From: Solirubrobacterales bacterium
GTDB taxonomy: Bacteria > Actinomycetota > Thermoleophilia > Solirubrobacterales > 70-9
Length of the DNA: 47,571 nt
Reading direction: 5' to 3'
Assembly (NCBI GenBank): GCA_036257785.1
Contig: DATAFA010000035.1
Coordinates: 1 to 47,571 of the forward strand
Positions 7,656-16,657 of the stretch are shown piece after piece (positions within the stretch are counted from its first letter, which is position 1; each line of letters begins with the position of its first letter). A program made the translations under genes and the position numbers. The notes beneath the pieces were generated by a model. The model was not told the DNA's origin. It did not search any database and saw only the letters and a list, made by a program, of their open reading frames with translations.

Positions 7656-9262
7656 GTCGGAGCCTCAGCGGAGCTGTCGGCGGCATAGGAGGCGAGCAGC
7701 TCGCGCTCGCGCTCGTAACGCGGGAAGAACCGGAAGACGACGAAGGCGCCGAGCAGGATCGCGACGATACCGGCGATGTAGGCCCAGTGATCGCCCTGCA
7801 GGAACGCGTCGCGGGCGCCGGCGATGATCTGCTCCTTGTACTGCGGGTACTGGCCGGCGAGGTCGGCCGCGCTCGCGAAGGACTTCTGGAGCTCGCTCTC
7901 GGTCGCGTTCGTGATCTTGTCGGCGTTCGGGGAGCTCGCGACCTGGCTCGAGATCGACGCTGCGTAGCCGGCGGTCAGCACGGCGCCGAGGATCGACTGC
8001 ATGATCGCGCCGCCGAGGTCACGCTGGAGGTCGGCGGTCGCCGACGCCATGCCGGCCCGGCTGACCGGCACCGAGCCGGTCAGCGAGTGCGACGCCGGGG
8101 TGCCGGCGAACCCGATTCCGATGCCGACGAACCCGTAGGCGAGGCCGATGTGCCAATAGGGGCTCGACTCGCTCCAGAGCAGCAGCATCGTCAGGAACCC
8201 GAGGAGGATGAAGACGTAGCCGAGCAGCAGCGTGAAGCGGGCGCCGCGCGTCTCGACGAGGCCGGCCGAGCGCGGCGCGACGACGATCATCAGCAGCGCC
8301 GCCGGCAGGATCGAGACGCCGGCGTCGAACGTCGAGTAGTCGAGGACGTTCTGGAGGAACTGCTGGCCGATGAACGCGGCCGCCATCAGCGAGCCGAAGA
8401 CGATCACCCCGGCGACGGCGGCGACCCAGAACGTCGGCCTGGCGGCCACCTCGAGGTCATAGAGGGGATTCGCCACCCGGCGCTGGCGGATCACGAAGCC
8501 GACGACCGCCGCGACCGCGACCACGAACAGCCCGATGACGAGCGTCTTCTCGCCCGGCACGGCCGCGAAGTTGATGCCGAGCACGAGCGCGGCGATCATC
8601 AGGATCGAGAGGATGCCGCCGAGGTTGTCGACGGGATCGGTCGTCTCGTGGACGTGTGAGGGGACCAGGCGGATCGCCGCGAGCAGCGCGATGACCGCGA
8701 GCGGCAGCGTGACGAGGAAGACCGATCCCCAGTCGTGGCTTTCGAGCAGGGCGCCCGCGACCATCGGCCCGAGCGCCGATATCGCGCCGCCGATCGCCGA
8801 CCAGAGCGCGATCGCCTTCGTCCGGTCCGGACCCGACCAGAGCGCGGTGATCAGCGCCAGCGTCGTCGGGAACGCCATGCCGGCGGCGAGGCCGCCGAGG
8901 ACCCGGGCGACGAACAGAACCTCGACCGACGGCGCCAGGCCGGCCAGCAGCGACGCCGGGATCGTCAGCGCCATGCCCAGCACGACCATCCGCTTGCGCC
9001 CGTGGCGGTCGCCGAGCGCACCGAGGTAGAGGACCGACGCGGCGAGGCCGAGCGAGTAGCCGACGGCGACGAGGTTGAGCTCGGTCTGGCTGGCGTCGAA
9101 CGCCTTGCCGATATCGGGCAGAGCGACGTTGGCGACCGAGAGGTTGAGGTTGGCGACGGCGGCGACGAGGATCAGGACGCCGAGGACCGCCGCAGCACGC
9201 GCCGGCTTCGTCCCCGCCCCGGTGTTGGTGGTTTCCGGCATCGCGCGACTTCGGTCGATCAC
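7652..9262 (-). CDS. MFS transporter, 14-TM DHA2 (EmrB/QacA-like) type
   Basis: 536 aa. NLNLSVANVALPDIGKAF, motif A GALGDRHGRKRMV, many TM segments. Its stop overlaps the OYE stop by 4 nt (convergent). Confidence 0.85.
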   Translation of the reverse strand: MIDRSRAMPETTNTGAGTKPARAAAVLGVLILVAAVANLNLSVANVALPDIGKAFDASQTELNLVAVGYSLGLAASVLYLGALGDRHGRKRMVVLGMALTIPASLLAGLAPSVEVLFVARVLGGLAAGMAFPTTLALITALWSGPDRTKAIALWSAIGGAISALGPMVAGALLESHDWGSVFLVTLPLAVIALLAAIRLVPSHVHETTDPVDNLGGILSILMIAALVLGINFAAVPGEKTLVIGLFVVAVAAVVGFVIRQRRVANPLYDLEVAARPTFWVAAVAGVIVFGSLMAAAFIGQQFLQNVLDYSTFDAGVSILPAALLMIVVAPRSAGLVETRGARFTLLLGYVFILLGFLTMLLLWSESSPYWHIGLAYGFVGIGIGFAGTPASHSLTGSVPVSRAGMASATADLQRDLGGAIMQSILGAVLTAGYAASISSQVASSPNADKITNATESELQKSFASAADLAGQYPQYKEQIIAGARDAFLQGDHWAYIAGIVAILLGAFVVFRFFPRYERERELLASYAADSSAEAPT

Positions 9263-9318
9263 CCTAGCCGCGGCGGCGGATCAGTGCCCGGGCCGCCGTG
9301 CTGCCCGGCGCGGGGCGC

Positions 9319-10176
9319 TCAGCCGATGCCCGGGGGGTTGATCTCGTCGACGTAGAGGTCGGCTGCCGGCTCCGCTCCCGGCGCCGCGGCGTAGTCGTCG
9401 AAGCTCGTGACGCCCTCCTCGACGAGCACGTCCTCAGCGAGGAAGAAGTTGCCGGTGCACTCGCGGCTCGGACGGGTCAGGATCGCGTGGGCCGAGTCGG
9501 CCATGATCGCCGGCGTCCGCGAGCGCGCCATCGCCGCATCGCCGCCGAGCAGGTTCTGGACCGCCGCGGTCGCGACCAGTGTTCGCGGCCAGAGCGAGTT
9601 GAAGGCGACCCCGTCGTCGCGGAACTCCTCGGCCATCCCGAGCGTGCAGAGGCTCATCCCGTACTTGGCGATCGTGTAGCCGACGTGGTCCTTGGCCCAG
9701 CGCGCCTCGAGGCTCAGCGGCGGCGAGAGCGTCAGGACGTGCGGGTTCCCGGCCCGCTTCAGATGCGGGACCGCGAGCTTGGAGAGCACGAAGGTCCCGC
9801 GGGTGTTGATGTCCTGCATCAGGTCGTAGCGCTTCATGTCGATCTGCTCGGTGCCGACGAGGTTGATCGCGCTCGCGTTGTTGATGCAGACGTCGATGCC
9901 GCCGAAGCGCTCGACAGTCTCGGCAACCGCCTCGGCGACACGGCTCTCGTCGCGGACGTCGCCGAGGATCGGCAACGCCTTGCCGCCCGCCGCCTCGATC
10001 TGCTCGGCCGCGGTGTGGATCGTGCCTTCGAGCTTCGGATGAGGCTGGTCGGTCTTCGCGATCAGAGCCACGTTGGCGCCGTCGCGAGCGGCCCGGAGCG
10101 CGATCGCGAGGCCGATGCCGCGGCTGCCGCCGCTGATCAGGATGGTCTTGCCCCGGAGGGTGCGGGTCTCGCTCAT
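9319..10176 (-). CDS. Short-chain dehydrogenase/reductase (SDR) family oxidoreductase
   Basis: 285 aa. ILISGGSRGIGLAIA (TGxxxGxG-type), NNAS, YTIAK (YxxxK). Confidence 0.85.
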   Translation of the reverse strand: MSETRTLRGKTILISGGSRGIGLAIALRAARDGANVALIAKTDQPHPKLEGTIHTAAEQIEAAGGKALPILGDVRDESRVAEAVAETVERFGGIDVCINNASAINLVGTEQIDMKRYDLMQDINTRGTFVLSKLAVPHLKRAGNPHVLTLSPPLSLEARWAKDHVGYTIAKYGMSLCTLGMAEEFRDDGVAFNSLWPRTLVATAAVQNLLGGDAAMARSRTPAIMADSAHAILTRPSRECTGNFFLAEDVLVEEGVTSFDDYAAAPGAEPAADLYVDEINPPGIG

Positions 10177-10186
10177 CGCCGGGACG

Positions 10187-11023
10187 CTACCCGGTGGGGG
10201 TCCGGCGCCGGCTGCGGCTGCGTTTCTTCTTCTTCGACCGCGAGTGCACCGGGCGCGCCGGCGCCTCTCGCTCGGCTTCGACCTCGGCCTCCAGCGCCTC
10301 CTCGAGCTTCGAGTCCTCGCCGGCGTCGATGACGTCCTCGGCCTCGGCGGCGAGCGCCGCGGTTCCCGACGGCACCGCCGGGGAGAGCCGCCAGAACGTG
10401 ATCTGCTGCCCGAGGCTCCAGAAGCTCGTCGTGATCGAGTAGATCGCCAGGCCCGCCGGGAAGCGGACGATCACCGTGGCGAACAGGATCGGCAGGCCCA
10501 TTGCCAGGCCGCGGTGCGAGCTCTGCATCGTCCGGGTCGCGATCGCGCTCGAGGCGAGCTGAGAGCAGACGTAGACGAGCAGCATCGCGATCAGGACCGC
10601 GCCCTCGGGCTTCGCGGTCAGGTCGGGGATGAAGAGGAAGCCGGTGTCGCCGAAGAGGCCGTTGGTCGCGTCCTGGCGCAGCAGCATGTAGAGCGAGATG
10701 AAGATCGGGACCTGCAGCAGGAGCGGCCCGACCGACGCGAGCGGATTGATCCCGTGCTCCCGGTAGTAGGCGCTCATCTCCTGCTGGAGCTTCTGCTTGT
10801 CGCCCTTGTACCGCTCCTTCATCCGCTTCAGCTCCGGCATGTGCAGCTTCATCTCGCGCTGCGAGCGGAACTGGCGGACGACGAGCGGCAGGGTCAGCAT
10901 CCGCGTCATCAGCGTCAGCCCGACGATCGCGAGCCCCCAGGTCAGCCCGATTCCGTGGAGACTCTCGAGCACCCACTCCTCGACGTCGTTGAGCGGCTGA
11001 AGGATGTTGGCGACGACCGGCAC
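10187..11023 (-). CDS. yidC: YidC/Oxa1-family membrane protein insertase (short, Gram-positive type) with polybasic C-terminal tail
   Basis: LAIVGLTLMTRMLTLPLVVRQFRSQREMKLHMPELKRMKERYKGDKQKLQQEMSAYYREHGINP..PAGLAIYSITTSFWSLGQQ; tail SRSKKKKRSRSRRR. Trimmed from track ORF 10187-11452 to GTG 11023. Confidence 0.8.
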   Translation of the reverse strand: MPVVANILQPLNDVEEWVLESLHGIGLTWGLAIVGLTLMTRMLTLPLVVRQFRSQREMKLHMPELKRMKERYKGDKQKLQQEMSAYYREHGINPLASVGPLLLQVPIFISLYMLLRQDATNGLFGDTGFLFIPDLTAKPEGAVLIAMLLVYVCSQLASSAIATRTMQSSHRGLAMGLPILFATVIVRFPAGLAIYSITTSFWSLGQQITFWRLSPAVPSGTAALAAEAEDVIDAGEDSKLEEALEAEVEAEREAPARPVHSRSKKKKRSRSRRRTPTG

Positions 11024-11111
11024 GCGGCCCGGAAGCGTACTGCCGCCGGACCATCGCCTCCCTGAGAGCCCGCTCGAAGCGCCCCGGAGGCGCGAGGCGT
11101 AGGATCGCCCG

Positions 11112-12326
11112 ATGCCGCTCGCTCGCACCGCGCCACTGCGCCGGGAGCTCGCTTCGGCGTTCCCGCAGCGGCCCTTCACGGTCGAGTTCTGGGACGGCAC
11201 CCGCATCGACTCGACCGGTGGCCCGGGCCCGACGTTCAAGGTGCGCTCGCCGAAGGCCGTCGCCCATGCCCTCCGCGCGCCGGGCCAGCTCGGGATCGGC
11301 CGCGCGTACGTCAGCGGCGAGCTCGAGGTCGACGACATCGACCTCGTCATGGCGCTGCTCGAGGACTGGAAGCCGTCGCCGGTCTCGGCGCCGACGCAGC
11401 TGCGGCTGGCCGCGGCCGCGCTCGCCGCCAACGGGCTCACCCTCCCCCCCACCCCGCCGCAGGCCGAGCTGCGGCCGCAGGGAGCGCGGCGGACGAAGGA
11501 GCGCGACGCCCGTTCGGTCCGCCATCACTACGACCTGCCGCCGGAGTTCTTCTCGCTGTTCCTCGACGAGTCGATGACCTACAGCTGCGCGGTCTTCTCG
11601 CGCGGCGCGACGACGCTCGAGGAGGCGCAGGAAGCGAAGCTCGAGCTGGTCTGCTCGAAGCTCGGCCTCGAGCCCGGCGAGCGGATCATCGACATCGGCT
11701 GCGGCTGGGGCAGCTTCGCGACCCATGCCGCCGCTCGCCACGGCGTCGAGGTGGTCGGGATCACGCTCTCGGAGCCGCAGGCACGGGTCGCCCGCAAGCG
11801 CGCCGCCGACGCCGGCGTCGCTGACAGGGTCGAGATCCGGGTCATGGACTACCGCGACCTCACCGGTGGCCGCGATGGCAGATTCGACGCGATCGCCAGC
11901 ATCGGGATGGTCGAGCACGTCGGCGCCGAGAGGATCGACCTCTACGCCGAGCGTCTGGCGTCGCTGCTGGCCTCCGGCGGCCGGCTCCTCAACCACGGCA
12001 TCGCCCGGCTCCGCCACAGCGACCCCGAGGCGGGGCCGTTCTCGGAGCGCTACGTCTTCCCCGACGCCGACCCGCTACACCTCTCACGGGTCCAGCTCGC
12101 GCTTGAGCGGGCCGGCTTCGCGACCGAGCACGTCGAGGGGTTCGCCTCCGACTACGCCGAGACGCTGCGCCACTGGGCGCGGCGACTCGACGACAACCTC
12201 GACCGGGCGATCGAGCTCGCCGGCCCGGAGCGCGTGCGCGTCTGGCGGCTCTACCTGCGGGCGGCCCGAAACGGCTTCGAGAGCGGCTTCACCTCGATCT
12301 ACCAGGTCCGGGCGAAGCTCGCCTGA
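11112..12326 (+). CDS. cfa: Cyclopropane-fatty-acyl-phospholipid synthase family SAM methyltransferase
   Basis: 404 aa. HYDLPPEFFSLFLDESMTYSCAVF, SAM motif IIDIGCGWGSFA, ETLRHW..RVWRLYL. Confidence 0.85.
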   Translation: MPLARTAPLRRELASAFPQRPFTVEFWDGTRIDSTGGPGPTFKVRSPKAVAHALRAPGQLGIGRAYVSGELEVDDIDLVMALLEDWKPSPVSAPTQLRLAAAALAANGLTLPPTPPQAELRPQGARRTKERDARSVRHHYDLPPEFFSLFLDESMTYSCAVFSRGATTLEEAQEAKLELVCSKLGLEPGERIIDIGCGWGSFATHAAARHGVEVVGITLSEPQARVARKRAADAGVADRVEIRVMDYRDLTGGRDGRFDAIASIGMVEHVGAERIDLYAERLASLLASGGRLLNHGIARLRHSDPEAGPFSERYVFPDADPLHLSRVQLALERAGFATEHVEGFASDYAETLRHWARRLDDNLDRAIELAGPERVRVWRLYLRAARNGFESGFTSIYQVRAKLA

Positions 12327-12338
12327 GCCGCCGGTCCG

Positions 12339-13430
12339 CTACTTGGGCCGGCTGCTGAGGTTGCGGCAGCCGTCTTCGGTGACCACGACGAGGTCCTCGA
12401 TCCTGATCCCGAACTCGCCGGGCACGTAGATGCCGGGCTCGACGGTGACGACGTCGCCGACGAGCAGCGTGTCTTCGGAGCGCTTCGACAGTCGCGGCGG
12501 CTCGTGGACCTCGATGCCGACCCCGTGGCCGAGCCCGTGCCCGTACCGCTCGCCGTAGCCGGCCGCGGCGATCGGCTCCCGGGAGACGGCGTCGACGGCC
12601 CGGCCGTGCGCTCCGGCGCGGATCGCTTCGAGCGCGGCGAGCTGGGCCTTCAGGACCAGCTCGTAGACCTGCCGCTGGGCGGGATCGGGATCCCCCTCGA
12701 CGAGGGTCCGCGTGCAGTCGGAGCAATAGCCGTCAACGATCGCGCCCATGTCGACGGTTACGTACTCGCCCGCGGCGATCACGTGCTCACCGGGTACGGC
12801 ATGCGGCGACGCACCGTTCGCGCCGGCGGCGACGATGGTCGGAAACGACGGCTCCTCGGCGCCCAGCTCCCGCATCCGCTGCTCGGCCCCGAGCGCGACC
12901 TCGCGCTCGGTCTTGCCGGCCAGGCCGCGCTCCTCGATCCAGGCGTAGACCTCGTCGGCGAGGGCGGCGGCGGCGGCGATCGCCTCGACCTCGGCCGGGT
13001 CCTTGACGCGGCGCAGGTCGGTCAGCAGTCCGTCGACGGCACGGATCTCGACGCCCTCGCCGGCCGCCTCGAGCAGCTTGCCGTGGGTCTCGACGCTCGT
13101 CTTCGCCGGATCGATGCCGACCCGGCCGGAGAGCGTGGCCGCGACCTCCTTGACGATGTCGGCCGTCGCGTCGACGATCCGAAACGATTCCGGCACCGTC
13201 TCGGCGGCCAGCGTCGTGTAGCGGAAGTCGGTGATGAAGGAGCGGACGTCGGGGCCGATGACGACGGTGCCGCTCGTCCCGCCGAAGCCGGTCAGCCAGG
13301 CGATGTCGGCCAGCGAGTCGCGCAGCGAGTCCCCGGGCCGGACGAGGTCGCCGACGATCGCCATGTCGAGCCCGGCCTCGGCGACCGCGTCGGCGACCCG
13401 GTCGGCTCTGCCCTCGGGGGCCGGGATCAA
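12339..13430 (-). CDS. Xaa-Pro aminopeptidase/dipeptidase (M24B family, PepP/PepQ type)
   Basis: VTVDMGAIVDGYCSDCTRT, YGHGLGHGVGIEVHEPP, EPGIY..IRIEDLV. Trimmed to TTG 13430, which overlaps the aroQ stop (TTGA). The rest of track ORF 12339-13919 overlaps aroQ. Confidence 0.85.
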   Translation of the reverse strand: MIPAPEGRADRVADAVAEAGLDMAIVGDLVRPGDSLRDSLADIAWLTGFGGTSGTVVIGPDVRSFITDFRYTTLAAETVPESFRIVDATADIVKEVAATLSGRVGIDPAKTSVETHGKLLEAAGEGVEIRAVDGLLTDLRRVKDPAEVEAIAAAAALADEVYAWIEERGLAGKTEREVALGAEQRMRELGAEEPSFPTIVAAGANGASPHAVPGEHVIAAGEYVTVDMGAIVDGYCSDCTRTLVEGDPDPAQRQVYELVLKAQLAALEAIRAGAHGRAVDAVSREPIAAAGYGERYGHGLGHGVGIEVHEPPRLSKRSEDTLLVGDVVTVEPGIYVPGEFGIRIEDLVVVTEDGCRNLSSRPK

Positions 13431-13876
13431 ACCCCGAGCTCCTGCGCCAGGACCTCGAGCCCCTCGCGGTAGCCGTCGAGGCCCTTGCCGGAGATCTTCG
13501 CCGCGACGAGCCCGTCGAAGACCGAGACCGAGCGCCAGTCCTCGCGGCCCTCGACGTCGCTGATGTGGACCTCGACCGAGGGCTTGCCGGCGACGTCGAG
13601 GGCGTCGCGGATCGCCCACGAGTAGTGCGACCAGGCGCCGGCGTTGACGAGGACCGCGTCGGCCGTCTCCGGCAGCCGATGCAGGTACTCGCAGAACTCG
13701 CCCTCGTAGTTGGTCTGGAAGAACGCCACCTCGAGCCCGAGGTCGCGGGCGAACTCGTGGATCCGATACTCGTACTCGGCGAGCGTCTGGGTGCCGTAGA
13801 TCGCCGGGTCGCGGCGGCCCAGCGTGTCGAGGTTGACGCCGTGCATCACGGCGACCCGGTTGTGCGCGCTGCTCAT
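13427..13876 (-). CDS. aroQ: Type II 3-dehydroquinate dehydratase
   Basis: 149 aa. VMHGVNLDTLGRRDPAIYG, FFQTNYEGE, NAGAWSHYS, VEVHISDV. Confidence 0.95.
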   Translation of the reverse strand: MSSAHNRVAVMHGVNLDTLGRRDPAIYGTQTLAEYEYRIHEFARDLGLEVAFFQTNYEGEFCEYLHRLPETADAVLVNAGAWSHYSWAIRDALDVAGKPSVEVHISDVEGREDWRSVSVFDGLVAAKISGKGLDGYREGLEVLAQELGV

Positions 13877-15438
13877 CGGCTCGCCAGCTCGTCGACCACG
13901 CGACTGAGGCTATCGGCATCGATCCGCTGCCCGAACTCGACCGCGCCGGGTCCCGAGATCGTCACGAAGCCGATCCCCGCGGCCGTCCGCTTCTTGTCGC
14001 GCCCGATCGCGTCGAGGACCGAGTCCGTGTCGATGCCGGGGTCGAGCGCAACCGGCAGGCCGGCTCGCATCAACAGCTCCCCGACCTCCTGCTCGAGCTC
14101 GCGCGCGCCGGAGAGCCGGAGCGCCGCGACGAGCCCGATCGAGATCGCCTCGCCGTGGCGGTAGCGCGAGTATCCGGTCGCCGCCTCGATGCCATGGCCG
14201 ACGGTGTGGCCGAGGTTGAGCACGGCTCGCAGGCCGGACTCGCGCTCGTCGGCGTCGACGATGTCGAGCTTCGTGCGGGCACATTCGAAGACGAGAGGCG
14301 CCATCGACCCGGCGTCGATCGCATCCAGCGTGCGGACCCGCTCCCAGAGCGGGCCGCCGGCGATCAGCGCGGTCTTGACGACCTCGGCGAAGCCCGCCGC
14401 GATCTCGGCGGCCGGCAGCGTCCGCAGCGCGGCCGGATCGGTGAGCACGACCGCCGGCTGGTGGAACGCGCCGACGTAGTTCTTGCCCTCCGGCAGGTCC
14501 ACCCCGGTCTTGCCGCCGTAGGCCGAGTCGACCTGCGCGACGAGCGTCGTCGGCACCTGGACGACGGGTACCCCGCGCTGGTAGACGGCGGCGCAGAAGC
14601 CGACCAGGTCGCCGGCGACACCGCCGCCGAAGGCGAGCAGGGCGTCCTCGCGACGGACCCCGGCGCCGACGAGCCGGCGCAGCAGCGACTCCGCCTCACC
14701 GAGGGTCTTCGCCTCCTCGCCTCCGGCGACCTCGATGGGACCGCCCCCCTCGATCGCGGGCATCAGCTCGCCGACGGCGGCGTAGGCATCGCGGTCGGCG
14801 AGGCCGAACAGCCGCACGCCGGGCCGGAGCGCGGCCGGCGCCGCGTCGAGCAGCTTCGTCGCGCCGGAGCCGACGAGCGCCGGCTGATCGCCGGACGGCG
14901 TCCGCGACCAGTACATGCGGACATCGGGGCTGCCGCGCAGCAGGTCGAGCCACGGCGCGACGGCGGCGCCGGCCTGCTCGCCGCCGGTCGGCAGGACGAC
15001 GCGCCCAGACTGCTCGTAGAGCGGCAGGCGGGCGCTGTGGCGGCGGCGGAAGCCGTCGCGGTCGCGGGCCAGCGGCCGGTCGGTGCCGCTGGAGCGCTCC
15101 CAGGCGACCTCCTCCTCGACCCGGCACCAGGCGGTGACGTGACCGGCGAGAGCTGCTCGGACCCGCTCGCTCTCGACGGCGCCGCCGCCGAGGGCGACGA
15201 CCGCCCCGGGTCGCTCGAGCGCCTCGAGGACGATCCGCTCCTCGAGCTCGCGGAACCTCGCCTCGCCCTGCTCGCGGAAGAAGCCGGAGATCGAGCCGCC
15301 GGGGATCTCGGCGGCGATCAGGTCGTCGGTGTCGACGTAATCGTCGCCGAGCACGCGGGCGGCGGCGCGGGCGGCGGACGACTTGCCGGCTCCCATGAAG
15401 CCGATGAAGACGATCGAGGTGGGCTCAGGGCCGGACAC
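13873..15438 (-). CDS. aroKB: Bifunctional shikimate kinase / 3-dehydroquinate synthase (AroK-AroB fusion)
   Basis: 521 aa. N-terminus IVFIGFMGAGKSS (Walker A) ..DTDDLI..ALGGGAV. C-terminal part LAFGGGVAGDLVGFCAAVYQRGVPVVQVPTTLVAQVDSAYGGKTGVD..NLGHTVGHGIE. Confidence 0.9.
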   Translation of the reverse strand: MSGPEPTSIVFIGFMGAGKSSAARAAARVLGDDYVDTDDLIAAEIPGGSISGFFREQGEARFRELEERIVLEALERPGAVVALGGGAVESERVRAALAGHVTAWCRVEEEVAWERSSGTDRPLARDRDGFRRRHSARLPLYEQSGRVVLPTGGEQAGAAVAPWLDLLRGSPDVRMYWSRTPSGDQPALVGSGATKLLDAAPAALRPGVRLFGLADRDAYAAVGELMPAIEGGGPIEVAGGEEAKTLGEAESLLRRLVGAGVRREDALLAFGGGVAGDLVGFCAAVYQRGVPVVQVPTTLVAQVDSAYGGKTGVDLPEGKNYVGAFHQPAVVLTDPAALRTLPAAEIAAGFAEVVKTALIAGGPLWERVRTLDAIDAGSMAPLVFECARTKLDIVDADERESGLRAVLNLGHTVGHGIEAATGYSRYRHGEAISIGLVAALRLSGARELEQEVGELLMRAGLPVALDPGIDTDSVLDAIGRDKKRTAAGIGFVTISGPGAVEFGQRIDADSLSRVVDELASR

Positions 15439-15442
15439 GCGG

Positions 15443-16603
15443 TCAGCCGTCGATACGGCGCCGGTAGGCGTCGATCGCGGCGCGGACGTCGTCGATGTGG
15501 TCGCCGCCGAACTTCTCGCGGTAGGCGTGGGCGAGCGTCAGCGCGAGCATCGCCTCGCCGACGACGCCGGCGGCCGGCACGACCGTCGAGTCGGTCCGCT
15601 CCTTGTGGGCGGCCTGCGGCTCCTTCGTGTGGACGTCGACCGAGCGCAGCGGCTTGGTCAGGGTCGAGATCGGCTTGATCGCAACCTGGACGATCAGAGT
15701 CTCCCCGTTCGTCATCCCGCCCTCGAGGCCGCCGGCCCGGTTGGTCTCGCGGAAGTAGCCGCGCTCGGGCGAGTGGAAGATCTCGTCGTGGGCCTCCGAG
15801 CCGGGGCTTGCAGCGACCTCCCAGGCGGGGCCGATGCTGACGCCCTTGACCGACTGGATCGAAGCCATCGCCTGCGCGATCCGGCCGTCGAGCCGCTCGT
15901 TCCAGGCGACGTAGGAGCCGAGCCCCGGGACGAGCCCCCAGGCCCGGGCCTCGAAGCTGCCGCCGAGGCTCTCGTTCTCCTTCCGGAGCCGATCGACCTC
16001 GGCGATCATCGCCTGCGAGGAGCCGGGATCGAGACAGCGGACCGGATCGTCGTCGACGCCGTCGAAGTCGGCCGGCTCGAGACGGTCGGGAGCGGGCGCG
16101 GTGACGGTGGCGATCCGGGTCACGTGGCTGCGGATCGTCACTCCGACCGCCGCCAGGAACTGCCGGGCGAGGCCGCCGGCGGCGACGCGCGCCGCGGTCT
16201 CGCGGGCGCTGGCCCGCTCGAGGACGTTGCGGGCGTCGTCGAACCCGTACTTGAGGAGGCCGGGAAGGTCGGCGTGGCCGGGGCGCGGCAGGTGGACCTG
16301 CTTGACGCCCTCGCCGCTCTCCCAGGGCCCCATCCGCTCGACCCAGTTCTCGTAGTCGCGGTTGGCGACGAGCAGGGCGATCGGGCTGCCCAGCGTCCTG
16401 CCGTGACGGACGCCGGAGCGGACCTCGGCCGAGTCCTTCTCGATCTTCATCCGGCCGCCGCGGCCGTGGCCGAGCTGGCGACGCGCCATGTCGCGATCGA
16501 GCGCCTCGCGATCGAGCTCGAGACCGGCGGGCATGCCTTCGACGATCGTCGTCAGCCCCGGGCCGTGGGACTCACCGGCGGTTACGAAATCGAAGCGGGC
16601 CAT
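15443..16603 (-). CDS. aroC: Chorismate synthase
   Basis: 386 aa. FVTAGESHGPGLTTIVEGMPAGL..GHGRGGRMKIEKD..RPGHADL..ERASARETAARVAAG. Confidence 0.95.
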   Translation of the reverse strand: MARFDFVTAGESHGPGLTTIVEGMPAGLELDREALDRDMARRQLGHGRGGRMKIEKDSAEVRSGVRHGRTLGSPIALLVANRDYENWVERMGPWESGEGVKQVHLPRPGHADLPGLLKYGFDDARNVLERASARETAARVAAGGLARQFLAAVGVTIRSHVTRIATVTAPAPDRLEPADFDGVDDDPVRCLDPGSSQAMIAEVDRLRKENESLGGSFEARAWGLVPGLGSYVAWNERLDGRIAQAMASIQSVKGVSIGPAWEVAASPGSEAHDEIFHSPERGYFRETNRAGGLEGGMTNGETLIVQVAIKPISTLTKPLRSVDVHTKEPQAAHKERTDSTVVPAAGVVGEAMLALTLAHAYREKFGGDHIDDVRAAIDAYRRRIDG

Positions 16604-16657
16604 CGCGCCTGAAGGCTAACCGCGGAACCGTGGGCGCCGCCGCCCGGCCACCGCGGC

